In this document: positions 24,521 through 37,870 of the stretch, piece after piece
How positions within the stretch are numbered: position 1 is the first letter of the stretch
How the letters are laid out: every line of letters starts with the position of its first letter
NCBI GenBank assembly: GCA_013239625.1
Contig: MU056277.1
Location: forward strand, 2,583,601 to 2,646,075
Direction: 5' to 3'
Origin: Lama guanicoe
Taxonomy: Eukaryota
DNA: 62,475 nucleotides
Made by a program: the position numbers and the translations under genes
Notes under the pieces: model-generated
Databases searched by the model: none
What the model was told of the DNA's origin: nothing
The model's input: only the letters and a program-made list of their open reading frames with translations

Positions 24521-24915
24521 CTGGGGAGACAGCGGGTTAAGGAGGGTGAAGGAGCCCAGACCCGCGCAGCCCACTAGCTCGGTGGTCCCTCCCATCACAG
24601 TGAATGTGCTCTTAGTTGAGGCAGAAAAACACATCTTTCATGAAAACCCCCATCAAAACCTCCAATCTACACACGTGCTCCGGGTGGGCCTGCTGGGCCT
24701 GTGCCTCCCCTGCGCCCCCACGTCCAGCACCAGGGCCGGCGAGCAGAGGACTCATGACCTTGGGGTCCCCGTCAAACTAAGGGTAAGTCGCCAGCCATGC
24801 TGGGCTACCCCCAGCTCTGGACGCAGTGGGTGTGAGGGCTCCCAGCCCAGCAAAGGGGGCGCAGCTGGCCCTGAGCACGGGGGCAGGGCCCTGGGGCGTG
24901 CCGCACACGCAGTAC

Positions 24916-25072
24916 CTCCACGTCCGCAGACCTCAACAGCAGGTCCCGCAGCGGGCCGTAGTAGTCGGAGGAGAAGACATGGTCTTCTGTGTAGACCACG
25001 TTCAGCCGCAGAGACCCCAGGTCCCCCGGCTTCAGGCTCTTACTGCCATTGTCTCGGGGCTGAAGGAAGTAC
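24916..25072 (-). CDS. RASA3: RASA3 exon 10 ([52 protein letters not shown])
   Basis: 157 nt, tgccag|...|gtactg; lies inside track ORF 24805..25113. Confidence 0.97.
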
Positions 25073-25220
25073 CTGGCACAGGACAAGGGGACGAGGCAGC
25101 GTGAGGCAGCCACACCCTCCAGGGGCTAGTTCCCTCCAGGGTCAGTCCACACCCTGCTCCATGTGGTCCTCCAGCCTCCGGTGGTGTAGATTCTGAGGAG
25201 AGGGGCTCTGGGAGATTCTG

Positions 25221-25697
25221 CAGGACACCCCCTGCAGGGTATGTGCACCTGGGGGGTCTCCCACCTGACACCCCCTGCAGGGTCTGTGCGCCTGGGGGGG
25301 GTCTCCCACCTGACACCCCCTGCCGGGTCTGTGCACCTGGGGGAGGTCTCCCACCTGACACCCCCTGCCGGGTCTGTGCACCTGGGGGGGTCTCCCACCT
25401 GACATCCCCCTGCCGGGTCTGTGCACCTGGGGGAGGTCTCTCACCTGACGCACCCTGCAGGGTCTGTGCACCTGGGGGGGGTCTCCCACCTGACGCACCC
25501 TGCAGGGTCTGTGCGCCTGGGGGGGGGTCTCCCACCTGACATCCCCCTGCAGGGTCTGTGCACCTGGGGGGGGTCTCCCACCTGACATCCCCCTGCAGGG
25601 TCTGTGCACCTGGGGGGGTCTCCCACCTGACGCACCCTGCAGGGTCTGTGCACCTGGGGGGGGTCTCCCACCTGACGCACCCTGCAGGGTCTGTGCA
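25221..25697. repeat. 45-bp GC-rich VNTR, about 10.5 copies (CCACCTGACACCCCCTGCAGGGTCTGTGCACCTGGGGGGGGTCTC)
   Basis: Units start at 25261, 25306, 25351, 25395, 25441, 25486, 25532, 25578, 25623 and 25668; no unique spacers. Confidence 0.97.
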
Positions 25698-26324
25698 GGC
25701 GGCCTGCATGGGATGTTTGTTATCAGGCTGACCACAGAGCCTCAGACTCAGGTGGAGGTGGGAAAGTGGAACAGTGGCAGGGACAGGCAGCCTGAGAGGG
25801 GTGAGCCGTGAGCAGCTTAGGAGGACGCCGGGGTAATTTACTCGTGAAGGTGAACACCCAGCAGGTGCCTGTGACGAGCAGAGCCTGGATGAAACGACTC
25901 TCACAAACGTGTGGTAGAGCTCCTGACGTCAGAGGGGACGGTGAGCTTGTGCTGCTGGCTGGGCAGAGCCCGGGCACGTAGTCACCTCGCTGTGCTCCTG
26001 ACCAGACACCCTTTCTCTTCCGCTCACCTGGGAGGCCCTGCAGGCACCCTGTCTACTCTGAGCACACGGCCAGGTGGCCTGAGGTGCAACGTGGGCAGAG
26101 TGTGTCTGGCTGAGGCACCGACCTCCTGGGACTCAGGTCACATCTCTGTCTTGAGGCCACGGCCATCAGCCCAGCAGGGCCTCCTGCGGTCCAGCCCTGC
26201 TGGGCCCCGGGCTTAACGTCTGCACAGAACTGAAACACCAGTTCCGGTTCCTGGTGGCGGGACACCCCTTGGGGCACAAGCAAACCAGTATCACAGAGAG
26301 AGCCTGCAGGTATGCAGGGCTCCG

Positions 26325-26402
26325 AAGTGTGCTGTGCCATGTGTGTGCCGTGTGTGTGCCGTGTGAGTGCCGTGAGGCATGTGTGTGACGTGTGGCGTGT
26401 GA
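26325..26402 (+). repeat. Degenerate (GT)n/(GTGTGTGCC)n low-complexity tract
   Basis: gtgtgtgccgtgtgtgtgccgtgtgagtgccgtg. Confidence 0.75.
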
Positions 26403-26864
26403 CCCGCACCCCCTCCCACCTGAGTCTGTTAAAGGAGATGTGGGAAGTGAGGCCGTGGCGACCAAGGTGTCTGAGGCGCCTCGCACTGGCGTTTCCTCCC
26501 TGTGATGCCATGTGACCTATGAACTACTGTCACAGGAAGCCAAGGTGCCACAGGGACAAGAAGGGACACGGGGAGCAGAAACCTGGCCCCCAGGACGCAT
26601 GGGGGTGGCCGAGACCCCAGTCGGGCATAAGTGGACATTCGTCTGAAACCGGCAGGCCTGCGCCCTGCACCAGGGCACCCCCAGAGACGGAGGGTCCAGA
26701 GTGCAGTGGGAGGGGCGGGGGGCAGAGCAGGCGCGGCCCCCTCAGTGACCCGCCAGGGGACTCTGCCTGAGGCTCAGCCACCACCCTTCAGATGCTTGCT
26801 CAGCGTGGCCCCCCATCCTCTGAGCCCCGTGCGGACGGGAGTGGGAGGCCCCCCATGCCCTCAC

Positions 26865-26969
26865 CAGGCCTCGTAGGGGCTACACTGCCGCAGCACTTTG
26901 AGTGGGATCCGCAGCTCTCCCAGAAACTCGTCCCCGAACTTCAAGTTGCTGGCGTTCCAGAGGTCCACC
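26865..26969 (-). CDS. RASA3: RASA3 exon 9 ([35 protein letters not shown])
   Basis: 105 nt, ttccag|...|gtgag. Confidence 0.97.
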
Positions 26970-28865
26970 CTGGAAAACACCAGTCATACGGGCCTCTTAG
27001 TGGGAGGCCGGAAGGGGCAGGGGGTCCCTGCACCCCTGCTCTCTCTGCAGAGAACCCAGAGCCTTTGGTCCCCCACTGGGGCACAGCCGGCGTATGAGGT
27101 CCCCCCGCCCTCGTGTCAGGCGGGGCAGGAGGGGCTGCAGGGTGCTGAGGCCATCAGTGTCCGTGTCCTGCACCCGGGAGGCCTGGTGGAGCAGGACCAC
27201 GGCCCCGGGGGGCACGGTGCCCTCGGCCTGCAGGACTGGACGCAGGGTGAACAAGGACTGGCTCCTCTGGGCACGTGCAGAGAACGGTGCCGCCAGGGAT
27301 GGGCCAGGCTGCCCACCTCACGGCCAGGACGCCCCACGTCCATCATAGGAGGACATGTGGTGTCCCTGACGCCTCTCCCTCCACCTGCACTTGGTCCCTG
27401 CACCTGCCAACCTCGTGACCCGCCTGTGTGATCGCGGCTGGGAGGCTGACGGGGCGGTCACGTCTCGGTTGCCCCGTGTGGAGAGCCCATGCCCTCCTGC
27501 TGAGTGTCCTGACCCTCACTCAGCCTTTTCCCTCGGACAGAATGCTCACTGCTCCCTTCAGTTTGGGGCCTGTATGTGCATGACAGACGGGCGGCATTCC
27601 CGTGTTAACATTGCGCACACCCCACAGGCTGTAATTTAACCCCTGGTCACTCAGGACTGAAGACCTGAGACCAGCTCGACCACACTGGCGCGTCATGGGG
27701 GAATTCCAGGAGATGATACCACCCTTCTTCCCTGCCAGGCTGAGCGCAGCAGCAGTCTGGGCGAGGGGGACACAGGGGACGCATGTCCCACATCACAGCA
27801 CCTTCCAAACAAAGAAAGCAGAGACTGACCCTCCAGGTGGCATTTCAGCGATGAGACAAACCAGCCACCAGGCTGCCTCGTTTCACAGATATTCTCAGTT
27901 CACGTGCTCACAGACACACCTAGGACGTCCCTTGAATTCAGAGCCCAGTCCTTCAGAAACACTCCTTTCTCTGAGCAAAGGGCAGGGCTGGTGTCCAGGG
28001 AGCAGCTGGGGCACAGCCACGCTTAGAACAAGGCCTGAGGCCTGGACTTGCCTGGACACAGCACTTGGGGTCACTCTGCTTCTGGTTTACATTTTGAAAT
28101 GGAAGACTGAAACTGACTGGAAACACTCAGGACGCGGCTCAAACCGAGACGTGTGTACAAAGGCCCGTGGAGGTGGAGGGACCCGCAAAGGGGAGGGAAG
28201 AGCCTCGGCCGACCCTGCACCTGCTGGTCGCCCCCTGTGCCCAGAACCCCACTCCAGGGCCTGGTCACTGCTCAGAGCCAGGTTTTTGGGAGGAACCCAG
28301 AGTCCGCCCCCAACTGAATGCCCACGGTGCTTCCAGGGAACCTCAGGTGCCTCAGGAAAGCAATTTTCAACCACGTCAAGACTGGAGAGTCCCTCTGGTT
28401 CTTGGGGACGGGGCCGGTTAGGCTTCACTGTGGCCAGCCCCCCACTGTGACTCGGGTCTCCCACCCTAGTGGGGGCTACTACTCAGGGCTGCGTGGCCCT
28501 CAAGTGGATGCTGCGACCCTCGACCTCTAGGGTGACGTGTGCAGGCTGCACACCGACCTCCCTGCGAGGCTAGAGCGGCAGGACCCCGTGCCAGGCCAGG
28601 CCGCGCCCGCCTGAGGGGCAGGAAGCCTTGGCCTCCAAAGGTGCCGCGGAGCCGACCATAAAGCCTGGGCTGCCCGTCCAGCCGCCTCCCAGCGACCTGG
28701 GGAGTTCCCGGCTCTAACTTCCAGCACTCCAGTGTTAAAGTAACAGAGAAAGAGGAACCCCTCTCTCTGCACCCCCCCCCCATGTCAGGACAAAACAAAG
28801 GCAGGCGGGAGGTGCGATGGGCGGGGCGCAGCCGCCAGCAGGGACCCGCCCGCACACGCGCTCAC

Positions 28866-28942
28866 CGGATCTCAAGCTTGTCCACGTCCTCCTCCTCGAA
28901 GTCGAAGTGGGACTTGCGGCTGTAGCTGCAGGGTCGGGTCAC
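28866..28942 (-). CDS. RASA3: RASA3 exon 8 ([26 protein letters not shown])
   Basis: 77 nt, ccccag|...|gtgag. Confidence 0.97.
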
Positions 28943-29837
28943 CTGGGGGCAGGGGGACAGCGCTGGGCCTGCCGCCCACTCACACCCACACTCCGTCCTG
29001 CATGCACACCCTGCCTCTGGGGACCCACTCGGCTGGAGTCTTGTGGCCCAGCTGCAAAGGGACCGTCCAGGGACAGAGGCGGCTCTTCACCTCAGCCTCG
29101 GGTCCTCCCTCCACACCCTCTCCAGGGCTACCAGACGGGGAGATTGCAGCCCCCGCACCTGAGAGACGTGGGGGCCAAGGACAGTGGGGAAAGGCCCAGG
29201 TCCTCTGCTGGCCCTAACGCACCCTTCATCTCATTTCCCAAAACTCCGCCTTCTGGCCCCAGCCTCACTACACCTAGACAGACCCCCGCAGCCTGGTGCT
29301 CCACACGCCCGCTGGGCCTGCAGACTCCCGGGGAAGCCCTGCCCGCGGCCCGCTGCCCGCCTGGGACAGGGCGCCTGGGACAAGCTCGGGGCCTCTGGGC
29401 CTTCTTCCTGCTGTCCTGCCCTGGGCGCGCCGTCCGACCTGTCCGGGGGACCCATATTCTGAGAGCTCCAGGGGTGTCTTGTCTGCCTGCAGCTGCTCTT
29501 TTGCATCAAGACCTCACTATTTCTGGGGAAACAAGCCCCCTCCCGGCTCAGGGAAGAGGCAGAAGACACAAAGCCCCAACCTAACAAACGGTAAACCCCC
29601 AAAGGCTCGATAACTTGGAAAGTATTAATTTGTCAGCATTCAACTGAAAACTGGGTTCTGCTGGAAGCAACAAGTGGCCTTTCTTCCAGGGAAATCGGAG
29701 CTGCAGGCTGGAGGGGGTCTCCCGTGTGCCAGATGGAACTCTTGGAAGGGCGTGCTGGAGGCCTTCGGACCCAGATTCTGCCAGACTCTGCCAGACTCTG
29801 GGGGTGGGTTCAATCACACCGGCCCCCAAACACCAAC

Positions 29838-29910
29838 CTCAAAGTAAAACACTTCGTCGAACTGGGGGTTGTTGGTCTTCTTTTTCACTTTTGTCTTCTT
29901 TGCTTCCGAC
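29838..29910 (-). CDS. RASA3: RASA3 exon 7 ([24 protein letters not shown])
   Basis: 73 nt, ctgcag|...|gttggt. Confidence 0.97.
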
Positions 29911-30224
29911 CTGCAGTCGTGGGAGGAAGGATTAGGGTGGAAACAGCATGGCTGACACTAAACCTGCCAGCCTGAGGTGAGCCACCAAGTGCGTGAGCAA
30001 CGCATCTCCGAAGGTTCCTGTTTGTCTCTGAGCCCAGATGGTATGCAAACCAGGAACCTCTACTGAGCCAAAAATACTCGCTGTGAAGAACACAAGGTTT
30101 CTTTCTCAGGAAGCAACTTCGGGGCAACAAAGGACACAAAATCCTCCATGTCTGGGCTCCCCACGCCCCCACTGAACGACCCTCATCGCCTCCCATGCCC
30201 ACGCCCTCCCCCGGCCACACTTGC

Positions 30225-30305
30225 CTGTACGGTCCTGCCAGTGTCACCGTGGCGTAGGGGTCACACTGCCCGTTCACGATGGGGAGGCCCTGGCACTCAA
30301 GGATC
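30225..30305 (-). CDS. RASA3: RASA3 exon 6 ([27 protein letters not shown]), GC donor
   Basis: 81 nt, ctcag|...AG|gcaagt; the GC donor keeps the frame with exon 7. Confidence 0.95.
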
Positions 30306-33300
30306 CTGAGGAGAGAGGTGGGAAGGGTCAGCAGGGGACAGGAGGCCCACAGCCACCTCCCAAGACTGCCCCAGGGTCCGAGCTGTCAGCTGTCTCAGCA
30401 GCTTCGAGCCAAGAGCCACGCGTGGGCAGAGCTGACCGTCCCTGCCCGGGACCGTCTGGGGGCAGGAGAAAGTGTGTGTGCATTCCCAGGAAGGGCAGAG
30501 TGGCCTTGGCTGAGCAGGACATGGCTCTGGTGACTTCTGCAGTGATGCTCAGCCCCACTTCTGAGGAGTGGCTGGAGAGTTTTGTCTCCCGCAGTCCTGC
30601 CAGGTGGGGTCTGGGGTTATGTCTGAGTCATTGGTGGGGACCACGGCCCTGCAGGCGAGGGCACGACAGCTGCAGCCTGGGGTTGCCTCCTTCACATCCC
30701 TCGCAGCGGGAGACCTGTGTCAGGCTTCCCTCCCCTGACCCTGCTGCGGGCTGGGGCTCCCTTTGCTCCTAGATGGCAGTCACACCCGCCCTGGTTACTA
30801 CCCCATCACCTATCACCCTGGTCTGTTGCTGGACTGTGCCTGCTCCTGCTCCTGGCCGGCCTGTGTTGAGCAGATGTGGGACCCTGTGAACGTCATGCTG
30901 TGGGTGCCCAGATCCTGGGGTCATCTGGCCCTCATGCTATCTGCGGTCAGGGGTCTCTGGTTTGAGGAGCAACTGTTGTCAGGGAGGTGCCAGCAGCCTT
31001 GCCCCACTGCCTGGTGCGGCCCCTGACGTCCATGCTGAGTGTCCAAGTGAGAACAGGGCCTTCCACTGGGCGGGGGGAGATTCGAATGACCCCAGGCCTG
31101 AGGTGCCCCACCTTGGGCGTCCACGCAGGCCCAGGGAGCACCAAGTCCCCCCTCCAGGACACACTCACAGTGGCCTTGACCCACAGCCCCAGTCTGTCTC
31201 CTCACCCACCTCAGGCTTCGCCTGGGAGACCCCGCTGCCCATGCCTGGTTGCACCCCCAGGACAAGAGCCAGCCCCTGGCTCACCTTGTCTGCCCCAACT
31301 CGGGGCTGACCACCCACCATCTGGACAGCTCACTTGACGGCGTCCAGCCCCAGTGACTGCCTGGCAGGAGGCAGAAGCCCTAACCCCACACTAGGGCGTT
31401 GAGGGTCTGGCTGTGCCATTCTCCCTCATGTCTGAAGTTGGGAGACCACGGGTCCCTTGCACTTGGGGAAGCCAGGCGGCCTGGGCAGCTTCCACCTTCC
31501 TGGGAAGCCTCGAGGTGCTGACCCATCACCGGACGCTCCTGACCAGGCAAGGCCTCTGTCTCCCGGTTCCTCCTCCACGCAGCGCAGGCCTGTCCTGAGC
31601 TGGGAGTGGTCTGATGGACCCCTCTCTCCATTTCTCTGGCACTTTGTCTGGAGCCCCCGTGAGACAGGCTGGGTCTCGTGAGGGCCCACAGTTTCCACCA
31701 GCCTTAGCCCGTGTTCCCAGCCCTCTCTCTTCACTCTTTCTGGAGCATTTCTGCTTCTCCCCCACTGCTGACCCTGTCCTGGTCACCTCCTCTCTCCAGG
31801 AACTACCTCATCTCTAAACAAGTATTTTCTGAGCTCTCGCCACATCTCGGACACATGTCCAGGGACGGGCATGGAGCCGTGAGCACAGACGCTCGGGGGG
31901 GGGGGGCTCCAGCGCAGGAAGGCCAGACGCCTTCGTTCCCACTTTATGGACAAAGGAAGCAAAGCTTCCCACTAAGCTGGCTGCCCGTCCTCCTCCTCCA
32001 GCTGGACACACAGTGGGGTGCAGGGCCAACAGACTTCCTCACTGGGATGGGTGATGGACACCCCACCTCCCTCAAAGCGGCAGTGAAGACCCTTCAAGAC
32101 CCCTCAGGGATGAGGAGAGCAGGTGCTTCCAAGGTTACAAGCCACCCTGACCCAAAAGAACAGGCTGGACACAGAAGGCAGGTGTCTCTAAATGGCAGGG
32201 GCTGGGATTCGCCATCTGGGACCCGAGCTTCCTGGAGCTGAGGGGGTCCAAGGATGAGCGGGTCCCCACAAGCTGAGTGAGACCAGATCCCCGAGTCCGC
32301 AGTGGCCACGAATGGGGTTCTGCAAGGTCAACTCGGGGCTTGGTGGGGTGGGGAGACAGCAGGGACAGCGGGGCAGGTAGCTGTGATGTCGCTGGGGAGG
32401 TTCCTCACTGCAGCGCCCATCCTCCTGCTCTGGGCGCTGCACCTGTGGTCACCCGCTCAGGACTGCTCTTCCCAGACAGACGGTTCACTTCCACCCTCCG
32501 CCGTCAGAGGTGGGGCCACCCTCAGGACAGGGTCCTGGCCCACACCCCCTGTGCTCACCCTCCTGCTCTCCGCCCGCCTGTCCCTCCGTCTCCCCACCAC
32601 TGACACAGCTGCATTGCTCTGTGTGAGGCTCACGTCAAGTCTTTTTTCAACATGGGATAAACTACAAGAAAACAGGCAGCTCTCGCCTCACGGCCACTGG
32701 ACCCGAGGGCACAGCAACTATTTCAAGAAGAAAAGGGAAAATGAAGGAGATCACTGAGCTCATGTCCACCACTCCAGACGAGAGCCCTCACCACGTCCCA
32801 CGCGTGCCCTGCATGTGTCCACACCGTGCCCTCCTGCAGGTGCTACGGGGACAGCCCTGCAGCCTGAGCTGACCGGGCCGTCTTCAGCCATCAGACGATG
32901 AACGTGAGCAGACTATGCTGTGGGCAGCTGGGGCAGGACCCCCTTGGACAACAGACAACGGGGGACCTTGCTCCCCCTCCCCCAGGCCTGCTGGTGGCCA
33001 GAGACCGTGGAAACCTAAAGCTGAACTTGGAGGCTTTGCCAGCATTTCCTAAGCCCAAGAAAAGGGTGTCACCAAATCTGTTGAAGCCCTCGCTGGCCGG
33101 TAGCAGGTGCCCTCGAAGACAGGACAGCCGCCCAGCTGTCCTGTCTCCGGCGGGCCCCCCACACCAGAGGGTCACGTCCCTTCCCGCAGGGCGGGCAGGC
33201 CCCTTCCCTCTGCAGGAGCCACCGAACTCTGCAGCACCCGTGGGGTGCTTGCGGGAGGGGCGGCGCACAACTCCTGACCGCTGCCCACTGATCCTGCAAG

Positions 33301-33858
33301 ACTGGCCAGTGTGTTTGGTAAAGACACATGCGGGGCCCGCGGGGCAGGCAGTGGGAGCAGATTGTCCACGGGGAGCGCACCAAAGCCCTCGCTGTGGTCA
33401 GAGGGCCCGCAGGGAGTCCTGCGTGTGTCCAGCCTTCCTGAGGCCAGCTTCCTCCAGACCACCCGAGGGTCTGAGGCCCTAGAGGTCAAGAGTCCACCAC
33501 AAACTCAGACACATGCACAGAGCTGCACACACACACGCGCACACTCACTAAGCATGTGGGAGTAGGAGGGGCCTTGGACTCGGGGTTGGGGTCAGAGGTC
33601 AGGCATGGGCACCCCACCTTGCCATTTCCGTGTGTGACGCCAGGGCTGCGACCCCAGCCTCTTAGCCTGGAGTTGCACTGAGTGACTCTGTCGCCTCTGG
33701 GATGGGCATTCGTGTTATGAAGATGTTAAGAACACCGCCGAGGGAGTCCTCAAGGCTGGAAATCCTGACTCACTTGTTGAAAAACCCAACCCACCCCACT
33801 CCCTGGAGGTTGGATGTACTCCCCGCAGACGGGCCACGGGGGCCATCCCGTCTCTTAC

Positions 33859-33935
33859 CGCGTGGCCAGCTTGTGGCAGACGATGCCTGAGTCAGTGATG
33901 ACCTCACTCAGCCTCAGCTCCAGGTGGACCTTGCC
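33859..33935 (-). CDS. RASA3: RASA3 exon 5 ([26 protein letters not shown])
   Basis: 77 nt, ttcag|...|gtaag. Confidence 0.97.
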
Positions 33936-36900
33936 CTGAAAGACACAAGGACACGGGGTCACGGGGCAGCCTTGTGCAGCAGGGAGCTTGGGTCTGCAGT
34001 CACAGACGCGTGGGGTCTGCCGCATGTCCACCCGCCCAATTTGGATCCCCGAGAGTTAAAGGCTCCAGCTCCGCTGACAGCTGGTCAAACAGCACAAAGA
34101 GCCGGAGCTCAGGGAGCAGCAGGCGCTCAGGGAGCAGCAGCTCAGTGTGTGGCTGTCGCTTTGGGCCGTGTTCACTCTGCTGCCCCCGCAGCCTCGGGGG
34201 GGGCGGCGCAGCTCTGCCCCATGACCCGATGCTTCTGTGCCCACCCGAGGTCGGACCAGAGGCCAGGAACCCGAGTCCTGCTCTTCAGGAGGGAAGTCAA
34301 GGATCCTGGGTGCTTCCGGGAAGAGGGCAGATCGGCGAGTCACAGGGCAGGATGGGCTGTTTCTGCCCACAGCGAGTGGGGCCACAAAGACAGAAGCAGA
34401 CAGGCCAGCTCCCAAAAGTCCAGCCAGAGGAGGCAGGACACAAGTGTTTCCGGGTAAGAATCAGACATGGAACTCAACAGGATCTATCGTCCTGAAGCCC
34501 CTTCTGACTAAACTCTGGGCTCGGCAGCCTGGGGAGCCAGCGATGGCCATCTCGTCTCAGGAGGACCAGGGACATGGTGGGATGCTGGCTGCCGGGGGCA
34601 CAGGGGTGGGGGGCAGGATGCCTCCTGTCACTGCTCTACAATTCCCCTCGGCAGAAGCAGAGATACCCCTCCCTGGCCCTGAGCAGCCTCTCCCCTCCTC
34701 TCCGAGCGACTGGCCACCTGGCGCTCTGTCCACTCCTGCCCGGCCCAGGGCGTCTGCCTGGAGAACGTGCTGGCCTCTCCAGAAGAAACCCCAGTTCCGG
34801 GCTTGGCCTGGCCAGCAGCATAGAGTCTAGACCGGCTGCTGTCCCAGGACAAGGGGCTCCTCTGCCCCAGAAAAGGCAGCTCCCACGGCCAGGTCTAAAC
34901 GGTACCAGAGTCGTCCTGCCGCTGTTTCTGGGCTTGGGGTGAGCCCCCAGGAAAGTGTTCTGAGAAAATGCCAGCAGCACTGATTATGAGGAGGGGCCCG
35001 CCAGTGGGGTGGAGGGGTGCAGGGAGAACCCTAGCTAGAGCCACGCCTCCAGACCAGAGGCTCCGGGATCCACTGGCTCAGAAAACAAAAAAGGAAAGAG
35101 GATCCGGTGGTGACATGAGTCAGGGTGACACCTCTGTCGCCCCAGCCCCATCTCGGCCCCTCAGGCCCCTACTGGGGGCTGACACAAGCCCCCACGAAAG
35201 CCGTTCTCGGGAATAAACCAGCCCGTCCCTCCAATGGCCTCTGGGATCGTGAGCTTGGAAGCAAGCAGATGCCCCCAGGCCAGAGCTCGGCCACAGGAGC
35301 CTGGGGGACAGGCTGACCTCGCAGACAGACACCATGCCCACGACACTGACGTGGGCCGAGATGTGGGTGGCTAGCCCAGGCTCCCTGATAACACGGATGC
35401 CAGAACTGGCCTCCTCCGGGGGAGACTGGGCGCTCAGGACAGCAGACTCCCGGGCACCCGGCTGCGGGCACGGCAGCATGCTATCCTTCCTGGCTGTCCC
35501 CTCACCCATGGCAGAGTGGCTGCAGGGAGGGCGGGAGTGATGGGCAGGTGAAACGGCCAGTGATGTGTCCCGCAATCTCGGACCAGCCACCGGCATCATA
35601 GCGCGTGGCCCCAAGTGACAGCAGTGTCCTCTCTGCATCTGTGAAGGGCTGATCTGGGTGGTGCCGCCCACCACGGGCATGTGCTTGGCTGGGGCAGTGG
35701 CCTCCCAGCGAACTGACCAGCTCTTCCCACACTCCTGTCAGGTGTGCGGACGCAGGGTCCACGACGCAGCACCGCCCTCCTGGCAGACCTCACCTGGCCC
35801 TGACCCCAGCCCAGAGCAAATCCTCAGGCTGGTAACTGGGAGTGGGAGGCAGGGGTGGAGAAGACAAGTCCCCAGAGAAAGAGCCGTGGCACTCTGCCCA
35901 ATACCCGCGTGGGCGGGCCGGGACTTCCGAGTCACCCCGAGGCTCGGCACAGCCCCCCAGGGGCACTGCGGTCCCTACAGAGAAAGGAGACACGGATGCT
36001 GACAGCTCGGACATGGAACTCAGCAGGAATCTCCATGAGAGGACAGAGTCCTGGTCAGGCTGGCGTCCCTCACCCACCCCAAGGTGCGCCGGGCACCCTC
36101 AGACGGACACGTCCCCAAATGACGCTTGACTCGCTTCCAAGAAGCGAAGCTTGTGTCTGCTGAGGTGCGCCCTGACCGCTGGTGCCTGGTGCTGGGCTGA
36201 GGGGCCGCTGGCCACCCTGCTTCCTATTTTCCCAGAGGAGTTCGGGCAGCTCCATGCCAGCAGGTCCTGTGACCCCGCGTGTTTCCTCTCTTAGGGCAGC
36301 CCTCCCTCCGCAGGGGCAGACCCGTCAGCTGTTTTGTTTCGCTGCAGTGCGGGTGATTTGCGGAGGAAGGCACGAGGGAAACAGAACACAGACCGTACAC
36401 CACGGAGCGGACCCCCCAGAATCACCCCGGGTCTGCAGCTCAGACGCCTACCTCAGTCCTCACCCAGCCCACCTTCCGCACAGACAACCTGGGGCAACGC
36501 CCAGGGGACCGGGGCACACCCTCGGAGGGGCAGGCAGGAAGAGCAGTTTCCAGGCTCGGTCTCTGAACCGAGCGTTCTCGGGACGAGCAGGGGTGTCTGC
36601 GCTGCAGCTGCTCAGCTACAGACACAGCTGCCCCCACGGGCAGACGAGGGGGGCACAAACTAGGAGGACGTGCTGCACACACGGGGCAGAGCTTGCATTC
36701 TGCAGTAACTGTAACCTTTAGAAATGCATACAGTAATCATTATAAATAAAAAATGTAAAAAGTAACTGCTTCCCAACTTGTTTTGACCCCAACAGGAGCA
36801 CTTTCCAGGGAGGCAGCCACAGGTCCCATGCTCAGCTGAGGGCGACCAGAGCCCAGGTGGCCGGTCTGGCCCTTGGGGGTCCAGACCAGGCAAGAGGCAC

Positions 36901-37029
36901 TGAGGCGCGGAGGAGAATCCTCGCGTCTATGTGGGTCTGTGAGAAGAAAAACTCAGGACAGAGCATTAAAAATTTAGACGTCACCACCTTCCCGGGTCTT
37001 GTTTGAGGAGAACAATGATAAGAAGCCTT

Positions 37030-37870
37030 AAAGAGCAACCAGGACTGAACAGTGTCACCAACCCACGCAGGATGCCCACCTGTTCAGAGCCCCCGGGCCT
37101 GGACACACGTCTAGAAACATGAAAATCGTCTCACGGCCACCCTCAGACCCCTGTGGAAAGTAAACTAGAAATCAGTGACAGAAAGAAAGCTCGAAAATCC
37201 CAAAATATGAGGAGATCAAACATCATACTTTCAAATAACAAAAGGCCAAAGACGTCTCAAGAGAAACTGAAAAATACTCGGAACTCACTTCTTTTCACAA
37301 GTCAAAATGAAAATAAAGCAGCAAACTTTGTGAGATGCAGCAAAAGCAATGCTCAGAGGGAAACTCACGGCAGTCACTGCACATCCTGGAGAAGAAGACA
37401 GACCTGAAAATCAGTAACCTAAGCCTCCACCTTAGGAAACCAGAAAAACAGAGCAAGTCACACCCAAAGTGGGAAGAAGAAAAGACGCAATAACTGGAGC
37501 AGAAATCGGCGAAACTGAAAACAGGAAATCAACAGAGAAAATAAACAAACCAAAGTCGGGTTTTGAAAAGATAAATAAAACTGATAAACTTTCAGCCAAG
37601 CAAACGAAGGGAAAAGAAGGCGCGAATGACTAAAACCAGAATCACTCCTGACCCCGTGGAACTCCCTGTGGTTCTGCCGGTGGATCCGGACGGTACCACC
37701 TGTCCCCCAGCAGAACCCGCAGCAGGAGGCCTGGGCTTCAGCGAACGCTGGTGCGTCAGTGTCACAAGTGCACCGCCAGACGCCCACACTGGGCGGCAGG
37801 GGCGGGGAGACATGGAGCTCCTTGCACTTTCCGCCCAAAAACTGCTAGAAAAATAAAGTTTATTAATTAA
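37030..37870 (+). mobile_element. Old L1 ORF2 fragment joined to an L1M 3' end
   Basis: aaactagaaatcagtgacagaaag..., aagcctccaccttaggaaacc..., ttttgaaaagataaataaaactgataaac; ends aaataaagtttatt. Confidence 0.8.

Noticed and set aside
25221-25697. Regular repeat array resembling CRISPR, and the 290-aa/197-aa repetitive ORFs over it
   Set aside because: The units are contiguous with no unique spacers, there are no cas genes, and the context is a mammalian intron. The ORFs are a by-product of a stop-poor GC-rich unit.
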